Positions 1-9,980 of a stretch of 64,000 nucleotides of DNA are shown piece by piece. This DNA comes from Promethearchaeota archaeon. GTDB lineage: Archaea > Asgardarchaeota > Lokiarchaeia > Sigyniarchaeales > SOKP01. The number at the start of each line of letters is the position of its first letter. Within the stretch, counting starts at the first letter, position 1. The stretch lies in the NCBI GenBank assembly GCA_048938005.1, contig JBHLMQ010000006.1:1-64000 (forward strand), written 5' to 3'. Under the pieces are notes generated by a model, which searched no databases, was not told the DNA's origin, and saw only the letters and a program-made list of their open reading frames with translations. Made by a program: the position numbers and the translations under genes.

Positions 1-1119
1 TCACCTCTTGCAAGTTCTACATCGATGAATGGTCCTGGTTTTACATCTCCTTCTACAGGATATAGTGCGAGAAATGTTTTAGCTGTGGAATGGGTTTTGC
101 CAGACGGAGAAATTATGAAATTAGGATCTTATGGCTTGAAGAATAATCCTGATTGGTATCATGGAGATGGTCCAGGTCCTAGTCTAAGAGGGATAATGAG
201 AGGTTGGTCAGGTACAAAATCTGGACTTGGAGTATTTACTAAAGTTGCTGTAAAACTTTTTCCATATCCTTGTAGTACAGATTTTAATGTCAAAGGAAAT
301 TCTCCTAACTATGATTTTGATATTCCTAAATTTATGAAATTATATATTATGGATTGTGGAAACTTCAAAAAATTTGAATCTGCTATATTAAGAGTGGAAG
401 AGGAAGAAATTTCATTCATTTGTAGCTATTTATGCAATTACGCTGTGATGGCAATATTTTCAAATACAATTGAAAGTTTATTAGATAAAATAGCATTAGG
501 AAGAATGAAAGCTCCCTTAGTTGTATTAATAGCTGCTCGAACGAGGCGAGAATTTGATTATAAACAAAAAGTTATGCAATCATTATTGAAAAAATTAAAA
601 TTAAAGAACATAATTGGAACATTATATACTCCAGATCCAATTTTTTATGCCGAAGCTCTTCGTTCAAATTTGGGATTACATGGTTTTTTAGCAACTGGAA
701 GTATGCAATCAGCAGAAGGAGGAGGCGATACAGCTTCTGTTTGTCTTCGCAGTGCTTCCATGAATGTTCCATTAAAGAAAAATTATATTAAGAAAGGTGC
801 AATAGTTAATGATTTTGGAGGAGGCGCATGGCTAAGTTCCTATGAATCTGGACACTACTTTCATTTAGAAGCTCTAACTTTTTATGATCAAACAGACCAG
901 AAAAGTATTAATGGAATGGGTGAATATATGGAAAAAAGTTATCAATTAGATTTACTTAAACATCTTGGTGCTCCATTTTTTGTGGAGGGAAATCGCTTAC
1001 ATGAACTTTTTGGGCCTCATATGTCGAATTATCATATCTGGTTAAGAAAAATTAAAGAAGCTTTTGATCCAAGCAACATATCTGATTCTGGATTTTATAT
1101 AACACCAAAAATAAAGTAA
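1..1119 (+). CDS. FAD-linked oxidoreductase (GlcD/VAO-type), 5' truncated by window edge
   Basis: Frame open from base 1; motifs 'VLAVEWVLPDGEIMKLGS', 'GPGPSLRGI..G..G.LGVFTK' and C-terminal 'KIKEAFDPSNI'. Confidence 0.8.
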   Translation, partial: SPLASSTSMNGPGFTSPSTGYSARNVLAVEWVLPDGEIMKLGSYGLKNNPDWYHGDGPGPSLRGIMRGWSGTKSGLGVFTKVAVKLFPYPCSTDFNVKGNSPNYDFDIPKFMKLYIMDCGNFKKFESAILRVEEEEISFICSYLCNYAVMAIFSNTIESLLDKIALGRMKAPLVVLIAARTRREFDYKQKVMQSLLKKLKLKNIIGTLYTPDPIFYAEALRSNLGLHGFLATGSMQSAEGGGDTASVCLRSASMNVPLKKNYIKKGAIVNDFGGGAWLSSYESGHYFHLEALTFYDQTDQKSINGMGEYMEKSYQLDLLKHLGAPFFVEGNRLHELFGPHMSNYHIWLRKIKEAFDPSNISDSGFYITPKIK

Positions 1120-1142
1120 AATATTATTTATCAATTAATATC

Positions 1143-1565
1143 ATGACAGATAAAAACGAAGAAAATAATAGAATAAGAGGTTTTGCTGGCCTAATTAATA
1201 GCGTTCTCGTCCCTTTGAATGAAAATAAGAAATTTCAAGAAAAATTCAGAGAGATTGATGCTAAAATCCTCTTAAATGCGTCCAATTTAAATTATGCGGC
1301 ATTAATTATTATCGATCATGGATCTGTGAAAGTTAAAAGTATTCCAAATAAACCAAAAACAAATTTAAAAAAGAAAAAGATTGGCTGGAATGCGTTCTTA
1401 GAAATGGACACGCAAACTTTTCTTGCCATCGCTATGAGGCGAATATCTATGCTTGGAGTTGCTAAAATTTGGCTAACTCGTAAAATAAAGATGAGGGGAA
1501 TAAGAACATTACTCCTTTTATTGAAAATGTTTAACTTATTAACAGATTACAATCAAGAAATTTAA
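1143..1565 (+). CDS. SCP2 (sterol carrier protein 2)-like lipid-binding protein
   Basis: 140 aa; C-terminal 'AFLEMDTQTFLAIAMRRISMLGVAKIWLTRKIKMRG' matches the SCP2 pattern. Confidence 0.65.
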   Translation: MTDKNEENNRIRGFAGLINSVLVPLNENKKFQEKFREIDAKILLNASNLNYAALIIIDHGSVKVKSIPNKPKTNLKKKKIGWNAFLEMDTQTFLAIAMRRISMLGVAKIWLTRKIKMRGIRTLLLLLKMFNLLTDYNQEI

Positions 1566-1583
1566 TCAATAAACGGTGTTATT

Positions 1584-2567
1584 ATGGGAAAAAGAAGTAG
1601 ACCTAATGTATTTCAGGGAAATTTAAAAAAAAAGTTCTATTTTGAAGGTTGGTATAATAAAATTGTAGATGCATCAGCAGATCATATATATGCAATTATT
1701 CCAACTATAGCATTGAATAAAAAAGAGCAAACCTCACATGCTTTTATCCAATATTTAGATGGAATTAATGCAACAGCAGAATATTTTAACTACTCCTTAG
1801 ACGATTTTGAAAATCTTTCAAATAAGATATATGAAGTTCGGATTGGTAAAAACTATTTTGCATTAGATCGAATACATATTGATATAAATCAACAAGGATA
1901 TAAAATTTATGGAGATCTGGAATATTTAGACCCAATTCCTTGGCCCAAGAAATTCTTGCAGCCGGGAGTAATGGGTTGGTTTTCTTACATGCCATTTATG
2001 GAAACATATCATGGAATAGTGAGTATGAACCATAAAATTCATGGAACACTCACTATTAATGGGGAAATTGTTAATTTTGATAATGGAAAAGGCTATATTG
2101 AAAAAGATTGGGGTAAGTCATTTCCAACTGCTTGGATTTGGACACAATCAAACCATTTTTCTAACCCTAATCTCTCGTTTATGTTTTCAATTGCTAAAAT
2201 ACCTTTCCTTGGAATGCGGTTTAATGGATTTCTAAGTGCATTATGGCATGAAGGAGATTTCTATAAATTTGCTACCTATACGAGAGCAAAAGTTAAATCA
2301 TTAGATGTAAGCCAAGATAATATTCAAATCGTAGTGGAAGATAAGAATTATCGACTTGATTTTAAAGTTGCAAAAAAAGGGATTGGATCTGGGCTTATGA
2401 AAGCTCCTCAGGAGGGAGTAATGTCAGGCCATATTGCTGAGAGTATTAATTCTAAAATAAAATTAAAATTTATTGATAAAAAGAAAGATAGAATCATTAT
2501 TGATGATTTAGGTGTAAATGCGGGACTAGAAATTAAAAATCCTGAAGTTCTCAAGCCAAAAAAGTAA
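1584..2567 (+). CDS. Tocopherol cyclase family protein
   Basis: 'YFEGWY', 'GVMGWFSYMPFMETYHG', 'GKGYIEKDWGKSFPTAWIWTQSNHF'. Confidence 0.85.
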   Translation: MGKRSRPNVFQGNLKKKFYFEGWYNKIVDASADHIYAIIPTIALNKKEQTSHAFIQYLDGINATAEYFNYSLDDFENLSNKIYEVRIGKNYFALDRIHIDINQQGYKIYGDLEYLDPIPWPKKFLQPGVMGWFSYMPFMETYHGIVSMNHKIHGTLTINGEIVNFDNGKGYIEKDWGKSFPTAWIWTQSNHFSNPNLSFMFSIAKIPFLGMRFNGFLSALWHEGDFYKFATYTRAKVKSLDVSQDNIQIVVEDKNYRLDFKVAKKGIGSGLMKAPQEGVMSGHIAESINSKIKLKFIDKKKDRIIIDDLGVNAGLEIKNPEVLKPKK

Positions 2568-2578
2568 TTTAAAAAAAT

Positions 2579-3265
2579 CTATTTCTTTTCATTTAATGCT
2601 TTTTTTGGGAATAGACGCTCTTTCAATTTAACCGTACTAGTCTCCATATCATATTCTACTAATCCTACTTTAGCTAATTCCTGTACTGAATGCAACACAA
2701 AGGCGCCACCTATACCCAGCGTTGTTTTTAACTCATCCCTTGTCATTACCTCCTTATCTCCATGTAGTGTAAGAAGTATCCTATAATGGGCTTGTCCGGC
2801 CCATATCTCCGAGACTAATGCAGTATAAATTGAAAGTAATGCACGAACTCTCTCAAAATTATATTCTGCTTCTTCTGCTTCTTCCGCAGCTTTCATAAAT
2901 TTTGATAATTCAACCTTAACTTTTTGATATTCATCTAAGAGTTTAATTTGTTCTTCTGTTAATGAACCAATTTTTTGATCCCTCTCTTGTTTTTCAAGTT
3001 CAAGCTTCTTTGTCTCTTCTTCTAATTTTTTCTTATCGATTTCTAAAAGTTGCTTTTCACTTTCTAATTTAGTTTTTGCTCCTTCTAATAGCACTTTTTC
3101 ATTTTCAAGTTTCTCTTTCTCTTCACTCAATGCTTCTTTATCACTTTCAAGTTTTAATAATGCTGTTCTTGAAGTCTCTAAAACATTAATAAATTCTTTA
3201 AAACTTGATTCAGCAGCTTGAATTGTCTTATCAATAACATTTAAAGTCTTTTCTTCATCTGACAT
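2579..3265 (-). CDS. Hypothetical coiled-coil protein with C-terminal winged helix
   Basis: About 8 heptads of type LExEKxx followed by a wHTH-like segment 'RILLTLHGDKEVMTRDELKTTLG...VQELAKVGLVEYD'; ATG at 3265 preferred over GTG at 3274. Confidence 0.7.
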   Translation of the reverse strand: MSDEEKTLNVIDKTIQAAESSFKEFINVLETSRTALLKLESDKEALSEEKEKLENEKVLLEGAKTKLESEKQLLEIDKKKLEEETKKLELEKQERDQKIGSLTEEQIKLLDEYQKVKVELSKFMKAAEEAEEAEYNFERVRALLSIYTALVSEIWAGQAHYRILLTLHGDKEVMTRDELKTTLGIGGAFVLHSVQELAKVGLVEYDMETSTVKLKERLFPKKALNEKK

Positions 3266-3401
3266 TGGAATCACATTAAAATTTAATATCTAATATGAAT
3301 TAAAATTTTATCTTTATTATATTATATTATAATTTTAACAGGTTTTAAATTAATTATCCTTATTTAAAATTCAATTTTATAAATAATATTCGATAAACAA
3401 T

Positions 3402-4631
3402 TTGATATATATGGGCAAAACAGGAAAGTCAAATCGAGTGGTAAAACTCATCTTCGGAGTTTCAGTTCCTATCTTTATTATGGGATTAGTTTCTTTTTTT
3501 ACAGATATTTCAAGTGAAATGATTCAAAGTATATTACCTTACTTTATTTTGGAAGTGGGTGGAACGGGATTAATTTTAGGATTAATTACAGGATTAACCA
3601 CAGCTATTTCAAATATTCTTAAAGGAGTATCAGGTTGGATTAGTGATAAGATAAATAAAAGAAAACCTTTTGTAGTAGCTGGTTATACAGTATCAAATTT
3701 ATCGAAACCATTTATAGGATTAAGTCCTTCCTGGGAATATGTATTGGGGTTAAAATCTATAGATCGTTTTGGAAAAGGACTTAGAACATCCTCACGAGAT
3801 GTTCTTGTATCTTATTATGCTACAGAAAAGGGCAAGGCTTTTGGATTACATAGAGCAATGGATACCATAGGCGCAGTTATAGGCTCATTATTAGCATTCT
3901 TATTCTTATTTTTAGCATGGACATACTCTCAAATTATCTTTTTCTCTATATTTCCCGGATTTATAGCAATAGCTCTTATTTTGACAATAAAAGATGTGAA
4001 ACCAGAAGAGCTTGATGATAAATTAAGATTTGAAGAAACTAGTCCTAAATCGGAAAAATTAGATAAAAATTTTATCAAACTGATTATAATTTTAGGCGTT
4101 ATTGAATTTGCGAGCTTAGATATTGCTTTTCTTCAAATTCGAGCAGGAGATTATGTTGATTTTATTTTTATAATTCCGATCTTATACATGCTTAGTAATA
4201 TTATATATGCTATTTTTTCACCCATCACTGGAATATTATCCGATAAAATAGGGCGAAAAAAAATTATTGTTATTGGTTTGTCAGTTTTGTTAACGTCATG
4301 TATTATTTTAGCGTTTCCAATCAATAGTTCTATGTTCTCTCTTATAATTATAATAATTTTGTTCCTAGTATATGGATTTTACCTTGCATCTGTGGATCCT
4401 ATATCACGAGCATATATTGCTGATTTAACGGGTGAAAAAAAGAGAGGTCGAGCGTATGGATATTATTATTTATCTGTTGGTCTCATCTCTATGGCAGAAT
4501 CTCTTATTTTTGGATTAATTTATGATTTCTCATATACATGGGCATTTATCTATATTTCAATATTATTATTTATTTGTATAATTGTATTTTCCATTACTGA
4601 TTTTTCAAAAATTCTTCAAAAAAAGCAATAA
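3402..4631 (+). CDS. MFS transporter
   Basis: About 12 hydrophobic segments; motif A 'GWISDKINKRK' and 'GILSDKIGRKK'; 'GKAFGLHRAMDTIGA'. Confidence 0.9.
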   Translation: MIYMGKTGKSNRVVKLIFGVSVPIFIMGLVSFFTDISSEMIQSILPYFILEVGGTGLILGLITGLTTAISNILKGVSGWISDKINKRKPFVVAGYTVSNLSKPFIGLSPSWEYVLGLKSIDRFGKGLRTSSRDVLVSYYATEKGKAFGLHRAMDTIGAVIGSLLAFLFLFLAWTYSQIIFFSIFPGFIAIALILTIKDVKPEELDDKLRFEETSPKSEKLDKNFIKLIIILGVIEFASLDIAFLQIRAGDYVDFIFIIPILYMLSNIIYAIFSPITGILSDKIGRKKIIVIGLSVLLTSCIILAFPINSSMFSLIIIIILFLVYGFYLASVDPISRAYIADLTGEKKRGRAYGYYYLSVGLISMAESLIFGLIYDFSYTWAFIYISILLFICIIVFSITDFSKILQKKQ

Positions 4632-4680
4632 TCCTTTTAAATACAATTATTTTCAGATTAAATAATCAATATTTTATTAA

Positions 4681-5484
4681 GTGATTTTAATAGTGAAAGA
4701 AAATCTATGTTGTGCCTCAAAAGATGTAATTCAAGCAGCAATAAAATCTTCTGACAAAAGCATGAAAGATTTTGAAATTGATCCTAATGTTATGATAATT
4801 TTTTCTGGATTCCTTTTGAATTATTTAAAAAATAAAGTTAAAATGGAGCAAATTGAATGGTTAATGCGATTTCACCCTTATTCCGCGCCAGAATACATGT
4901 ATCGAGGAAAATATAGAAAACTACCCATTACAGTATTAATACCACCTATGGGGGCATCACCTATGGCTTCAATTGCAGAAGATTTGATCTTTTGTGGAGC
5001 AAAAATTATTCTATTAGTCTGTGGTTCTTGGGGAATAGGCAATAAAGTAAAATTACTTGATTATCTTATTCCAACACATGCTTTGGGGATAGACGGAACA
5101 TCAATACATTATGGAAGAAATCAATATGAAGAAACTGAATTAGAACAAGAAATAATTGATATACTTATTCATGAAACAAAAAAAAGAACTGAAAATTATC
5201 ATATTGGAAAAAACTTCTGTAAAGAAGCATTCTATCGAATAAATAAAGAGGAAATCTTTGAATTACAGAAGAAAGGTTGCATTTCAATTGAAAATGGGGA
5301 GCTCAATGTCCTCACAACAATTTGTATTCAAAATAATGTAAAATTTGGTGCTATATTTTATAGTTATTATAATCCCCTTGAGGGGTGGATTATTCCTTGG
5401 ATGGAAGAAAGATATAAGGAATGTGCAACCCTAGAGGGTGAAATTGCTTTAGCTACGATATTAAGATTAAATAAGGTGGAATAA
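4681..5484 (+). CDS. Nucleoside phosphorylase family protein (PNP_UDP_1)
   Basis: 'PMGASPMASIAEDLIFCGAKIILLVCGSWGI', 'DGTSIHY', 'GCISIENGE'. Confidence 0.75.
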   Translation: MILIVKENLCCASKDVIQAAIKSSDKSMKDFEIDPNVMIIFSGFLLNYLKNKVKMEQIEWLMRFHPYSAPEYMYRGKYRKLPITVLIPPMGASPMASIAEDLIFCGAKIILLVCGSWGIGNKVKLLDYLIPTHALGIDGTSIHYGRNQYEETELEQEIIDILIHETKKRTENYHIGKNFCKEAFYRINKEEIFELQKKGCISIENGELNVLTTICIQNNVKFGAIFYSYYNPLEGWIIPWMEERYKECATLEGEIALATILRLNKVE

Positions 5485-5494
5485 AATTAAATAA

Positions 5495-6757
5495 CTATTT
5501 TTGCTGTGTCCATAATTGAGCTAAATATATTATAACTTCGGTTGCTTTTTGTAAAGCTAAAGTTGGTATATATTCCTTTCTAGAATGAAATAATTGACCT
5601 CCGGTAAAGATGTTTGGTGTTGGAATTCCACTTTCACTTAAACGGGAACCATCTGTACCTCCTCTAATAGGATTAACCTTAACGTCTAATCCCGCATTTT
5701 CTATCGCTTTTTTAACTAATTCAATAACTATTGGTTTTTTCTCTATAAACCTAGCCATATTTTTGTATTGATGCTTGAAATCAATTTCAATCTTTAATCC
5801 AGGATAACGAATTTCATAGATTATTTTTAAATTTTTTATATAATCTATTCGCCTTTGGTTATTTTTTTCTTTAAAATCTCTAATTAACATTCTTGCTGTT
5901 GCTTCCTCTACCTTTCCTTGTAATTTACTTAAATGAAAATATCCCTCCCTTTCTTCAGTATGTTCAGGTGACTCATATTCAGGAAGCTCACTAAAAAACC
6001 TAGACGCAATTTGTATTGCATTGATCATTTTATCCTTAGCTTTCCCTGGATGAACACTTAGACCTTTAAATTTAATTTGAGCTAACCATGCATCAAAACA
6101 TTCGAATTCTAATTCACCAAGTTCACCACCGTCTACTGTATAACATATTTCAGGTAATTTTGTTTTATCTACTTTATCAATTCCTTTTCCAGTTTCTTCA
6201 TCTGTAGTAAAACATATAACTATAGGCCCATGCCTTAATTCAGGATATTTTTCCCAAGTAGCACAAGCAGCCATTATCTCAGCAATGCCCGCTTTATCAT
6301 CAGCACCTAATAAGGTATCTCCTTCAGTTGTTATTATATCAAGTCCTATATAATCTTTCAAAAGTGAAGAATCATCAAAAGTTAAAGTTAAATCTTTATC
6401 TTGAGCAAATTTTATATCTTTTCCATCATAATTTCTATGAATAACAGGTTTTACATCTTTTCCACTCACTGCGGGTGAAGTATCCATATGAGCTATTAAA
6501 CCAATAGGTTTTGTCTTTTCAAGTCCTTTACTAGGTGGTAAATATGCATATACAAAACCATAATCGTCTTGGATAATATCTTCAAGATTAAATTTATTTA
6601 ATTCCTCAACCAACATTTTTCCTAGATCTAATTGGATTTTTGTCGATGGAACAGATTCTACACTTTCATCTGAAGTAGTCCATACTTTAACATACCTTAA
6701 AAAACGCTCTAATGCATCATTAAATAGAAAGTCTTGTATCTCTTTTGAAAGTTCCAT
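5495..6757 (-). CDS. pepT: Peptidase T (tripeptide aminopeptidase, M20)
   Basis: 'AHMDT', 'TLLGADDKAGIAEIM', 'DEE', 'HPGKAK', 'IRGGTDG', 'FHSRKEY'. Confidence 0.95.
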   Translation of the reverse strand: MELSKEIQDFLFNDALERFLRYVKVWTTSDESVESVPSTKIQLDLGKMLVEELNKFNLEDIIQDDYGFVYAYLPPSKGLEKTKPIGLIAHMDTSPAVSGKDVKPVIHRNYDGKDIKFAQDKDLTLTFDDSSLLKDYIGLDIITTEGDTLLGADDKAGIAEIMAACATWEKYPELRHGPIVICFTTDEETGKGIDKVDKTKLPEICYTVDGGELGELEFECFDAWLAQIKFKGLSVHPGKAKDKMINAIQIASRFFSELPEYESPEHTEEREGYFHLSKLQGKVEEATARMLIRDFKEKNNQRRIDYIKNLKIIYEIRYPGLKIEIDFKHQYKNMARFIEKKPIVIELVKKAIENAGLDVKVNPIRGGTDGSRLSESGIPTPNIFTGGQLFHSRKEYIPTLALQKATEVIIYLAQLWTQQK

Positions 6758-6815
6758 ATCATTGAAAATTAATCTTAAATTTTAAATTTAAATAATATTA
6801 AAAAAATACGAAATT

Positions 6816-7613
6816 TCATCGCCCCTTGAATTTTGGTTCTCTCTTTTTCATAAAAGATTTCATTCCTTCTCCAAAATCATAAGTTCTTATATTTTTTAAA
6901 TATAATCTAAATTCATTTTGTAATGATGGGAATAACTCATTATATTGTGAAAAGTTCAACATCGCTTTATTATATCCAAAGCATTTCGTTGGCAAATCTG
7001 TTATTTTTCTTATAAATTCTAATGATTTTTGCTTGAATTCTTCAAGTGGGAATACTTTATTTACTAAACCAATCTCTAAGGCTTCCTTTGCATCAAGATG
7101 TCGTCCAGTTAAAATTATATCTGTAGCTCGCGCAAAACCTATAATTCTCGGAAGAAACCAACTTGCCCCACTTAAAATGCATTGAGCTCTTGTAATACGA
7201 TGATCACCAATCTCCAAATTATCCGCAGCTAATCTAAAATCACAAGAAAGTGCAATATCAAATCCAGCTCCTAGACAATAGCCATGTAATAAAGCAATAA
7301 CGGGTTTTTGAATTTCTCGAATTAAACGCACTACTTTATGATGAGGCATTCTAGAACCATCTTCTAAGGGTTTAAACCGAGGTCCTTCGTGTCCTAAACT
7401 TTTCATATCATCGCCAGAACTAAAGCATTTCCCTTTCCCTTCAATAACAATTACTCGAATTGTTTTATCTTTCTTGATAGCTTCTAAAATATCAATAATT
7501 TCCAATAATAGTGGATATTGCAAAGCATTAAGCTTATCGGGGCGATTTAAAGTGATGGTACAAATACCATTCTCAAATTTATATAATATGTATTCAAAAT
7601 TAGTACTTAAAAT
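6816..7613 (-). CDS. Enoyl-CoA hydratase/isomerase family protein
   Basis: 'FSSGDD', 'KPVIALLHGYCLGAGFDIALSCDFR', 'KREPKFKGR'. The family N-terminus 'FEYILYK..GICTITLNRPDKLNAL' lies in frame upstream of the ORF-track start (7523), so the start is placed at ATT 7613. Confidence 0.88.
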   Translation of the reverse strand: MLSTNFEYILYKFENGICTITLNRPDKLNALQYPLLLEIIDILEAIKKDKTIRVIVIEGKGKCFSSGDDMKSLGHEGPRFKPLEDGSRMPHHKVVRLIREIQKPVIALLHGYCLGAGFDIALSCDFRLAADNLEIGDHRITRAQCILSGASWFLPRIIGFARATDIILTGRHLDAKEALEIGLVNKVFPLEEFKQKSLEFIRKITDLPTKCFGYNKAMLNFSQYNELFPSLQNEFRLYLKNIRTYDFGEGMKSFMKKREPKFKGR

Positions 7614-7728
7614 GTGAATCCTCTCTTGATTAAAATATTAAGATAATTAATTATAGATGTTCTGAAAAATAATATTTACTTAAATTCCTTTTTAACAATC
7701 AAATTAAAAAAAAAAAGAATGAAAATTA

Positions 7729-8352
7729 TTACCAAATTTCAAATTTTTCATCAAGTTTAGTTGTAAATACAAGCAAGTAAGGAATTAATAAATCCCATAA
7801 ACTCGTTAGAGCATTGAGCAGAATTACAATTACAATATAATATCCTAATCCTGCTGGGTTAAGCCCCAACGCCAAGTAAACGACGATATTTAGAATCACC
7901 ATTACAATTATTCTAACTATTGTGCCTAATGCTCCATAAATAATATAAGTTTTTAGCTTTTTCAATTTTTGGCTCATTCTCTCTCCTTCTTGCTTTTTAA
8001 TTAGATATAGCAAAAGTATGGGGATAATAATCAACGAAAATGTGGCTGAAAACTTCATAAGAGGGCCGATAGGGGTAAAAGGATCAAAAGGAAAAAGTAG
8101 TATCATTCCAATCACACAACACAAAATTCCTGCTAATGGGCCAAATATTAAAAAACATGTTACCCATATAATTGAAACGGGATCGAAATAAGCAATACCT
8201 TCCGGAGTCCTAGGTAAATATGGCACCACAAAGAGAGAAAAAATTAAAGATAATGAACTAAAAATTGCGGCACCTACAATTTGTAGAGTTAAGCGAGTTT
8301 TTTTAGATAAAATTGATATTTTTTCTTTTCCAACAGTCTCAATTTCAGACAT
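7729..8352 (-). CDS. ECF transporter S-component-like membrane protein
   Basis: About 6 TM helices; 'AYFDPVSIIWVTCFLIFGPLAGIL' pattern. Confidence 0.7.
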   Translation of the reverse strand: MSEIETVGKEKISILSKKTRLTLQIVGAAIFSSLSLIFSLFVVPYLPRTPEGIAYFDPVSIIWVTCFLIFGPLAGILCCVIGMILLFPFDPFTPIGPLMKFSATFSLIIIPILLLYLIKKQEGERMSQKLKKLKTYIIYGALGTIVRIIVMVILNIVVYLALGLNPAGLGYYIVIVILLNALTSLWDLLIPYLLVFTTKLDEKFEIW

Positions 8353-8612
8353 TTTTACCTTTTAAGAATATGTTTATAATTCTATATTTTTAATATAGAT
8401 TTTATTGGAAATATTTAAAAAATTTTGGGTAAAACAAAATTTATAATCTAAACCAAAAAAAGTAATTTTAAACAGAAAATTATGAATTAAATGTAAAAAT
8501 CATCAATCTCATTAAATATTTATTTAATAAAAATATTATTTTTAATTTATCTTTTCTTAAATCTTAAATTTTTAAAGTATTGATCTACTCATTCTTGGAG
8601 ATCAAAATTTGT

Positions 8613-9968
8613 TTATTTCAATAACTTTTTCTCTTTCGCGTCCAAATCTAACCAATCACTCACATTTTTGAGTTGCTTTCTTGAAGCTCCACACAAAATC
8701 TTTAAGAATGGAAGGAAATCTTGAATGAAATCGATCTGAGAGATTTCATATTTTCTTTTAAGTTTTTCTACAAATTCTTTTTCAACATTCGTTAAAGAAA
8801 AATAAGTTCCGGAAGTATATCGTGGGAAAATAACTCTCTGGAATCCTTTTGATACTGGTGTTTCTTTTCGAGATAAAGCAACGCCTCCAGCAAAAAGGTC
8901 GAAAAAATAAGGTAATAATCCCCAATATTGATTGATACGAATTCTTCCAAAAATTTCATCTGCTAACGAGAGATTTTCAAACGCATCAGCAAGTTCTTTA
9001 TTAGATTTTATGAATGTAAGGAGATTTTCATTTATCCATTTGTATAAGAAGTTGTAATCAACATCAGATTTATCAGTTATACTTCGAGCTTCTCTTAAAG
9101 AAGAAACACGAAATAAATCTCTTATTAAAGTAAATATTTCTTCTAAATTGTCACGATGGAGACTTAGAATTAACTCCTTTACATCGCCTTCTATTTTACC
9201 CTGGCTAATTCCTTGAATATCATTAATTACACCTCTTAAATCACCGTTGTTTTTATCAATAATTAATTCTAAATCCTCCGGTTTAAGGTTTGTAATATCT
9301 TCATTTTTCAGAATATTTTGTGCAATCTTTACAACTTCTTTCTTAGGTAAAGGATGAACTTCATACCTTCGGATTTTATTATAAATTGGCTGTAAATTTG
9401 TTTTATATTCATTAGAACACATTAAAATTGGAAATTGTGTATTCTGAATAAATTCGATTACAGTAGGGATAGCTCCTCTATCTTGAACACCATAAATTCC
9501 ATCGATTTCATCAATAAGAATTAACTTCTCTTTAGATTCGGTAATAAAATCCATAATTCCGCGAGATTTAACAGTTTCTTTCAATCTTCTTTCTAATGTA
9601 GCTCTTGTTCGCGTATCCGACGCATTTGTTTCTATTACTTCCATATTTAAATCATTAGCAAGTGCATAGACGATAGATGTTTTACCAATTCCAGGAGGTC
9701 CTTCTAATAATACAGCAGCTTTTTCAGGAGCAATTTTTATTTCTTCTTTTTGTTCTTTTTCGATTGCGGTTCTATTAAATTTTCGAATCTGTTTGTTTTC
9801 TCTATTAACTCTTTTTCGTTCTACAAAAAAATCTTTAACAAAGCTTATTAATTCTTCAGCTAGTTTTATTCTCTGCCCACTCATTCTTGCTGAGGGTAAG
9901 GCCATTTCTTTAATGCTTTTTGGACGATATTTCTCAACCCATGGGATCTCTGATTTTTTTTTTGACAT
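8613..9968 (-). CDS. rfcL: Replication factor C large subunit
   Basis: 'PWVEKYRP', Walker A GPPGIGKT, 'ETNASDTRT', Walker B LIDEIDG, 'GDLRGVIND', 'WGLLPYF'. Confidence 0.9.
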   Translation of the reverse strand: MSKKKSEIPWVEKYRPKSIKEMALPSARMSGQRIKLAEELISFVKDFFVERKRVNRENKQIRKFNRTAIEKEQKEEIKIAPEKAAVLLEGPPGIGKTSIVYALANDLNMEVIETNASDTRTRATLERRLKETVKSRGIMDFITESKEKLILIDEIDGIYGVQDRGAIPTVIEFIQNTQFPILMCSNEYKTNLQPIYNKIRRYEVHPLPKKEVVKIAQNILKNEDITNLKPEDLELIIDKNNGDLRGVINDIQGISQGKIEGDVKELILSLHRDNLEEIFTLIRDLFRVSSLREARSITDKSDVDYNFLYKWINENLLTFIKSNKELADAFENLSLADEIFGRIRINQYWGLLPYFFDLFAGGVALSRKETPVSKGFQRVIFPRYTSGTYFSLTNVEKEFVEKLKRKYEISQIDFIQDFLPFLKILCGASRKQLKNVSDWLDLDAKEKKLLK

Positions 9969-9980
9969 GTTCCAATCTCT

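Noticed and set aside
572-2235. Short ORFs 572-772, 1786-1995 and 2041-2235
   Set aside because: They are antisense or out of frame within well-supported genes and show no motifs
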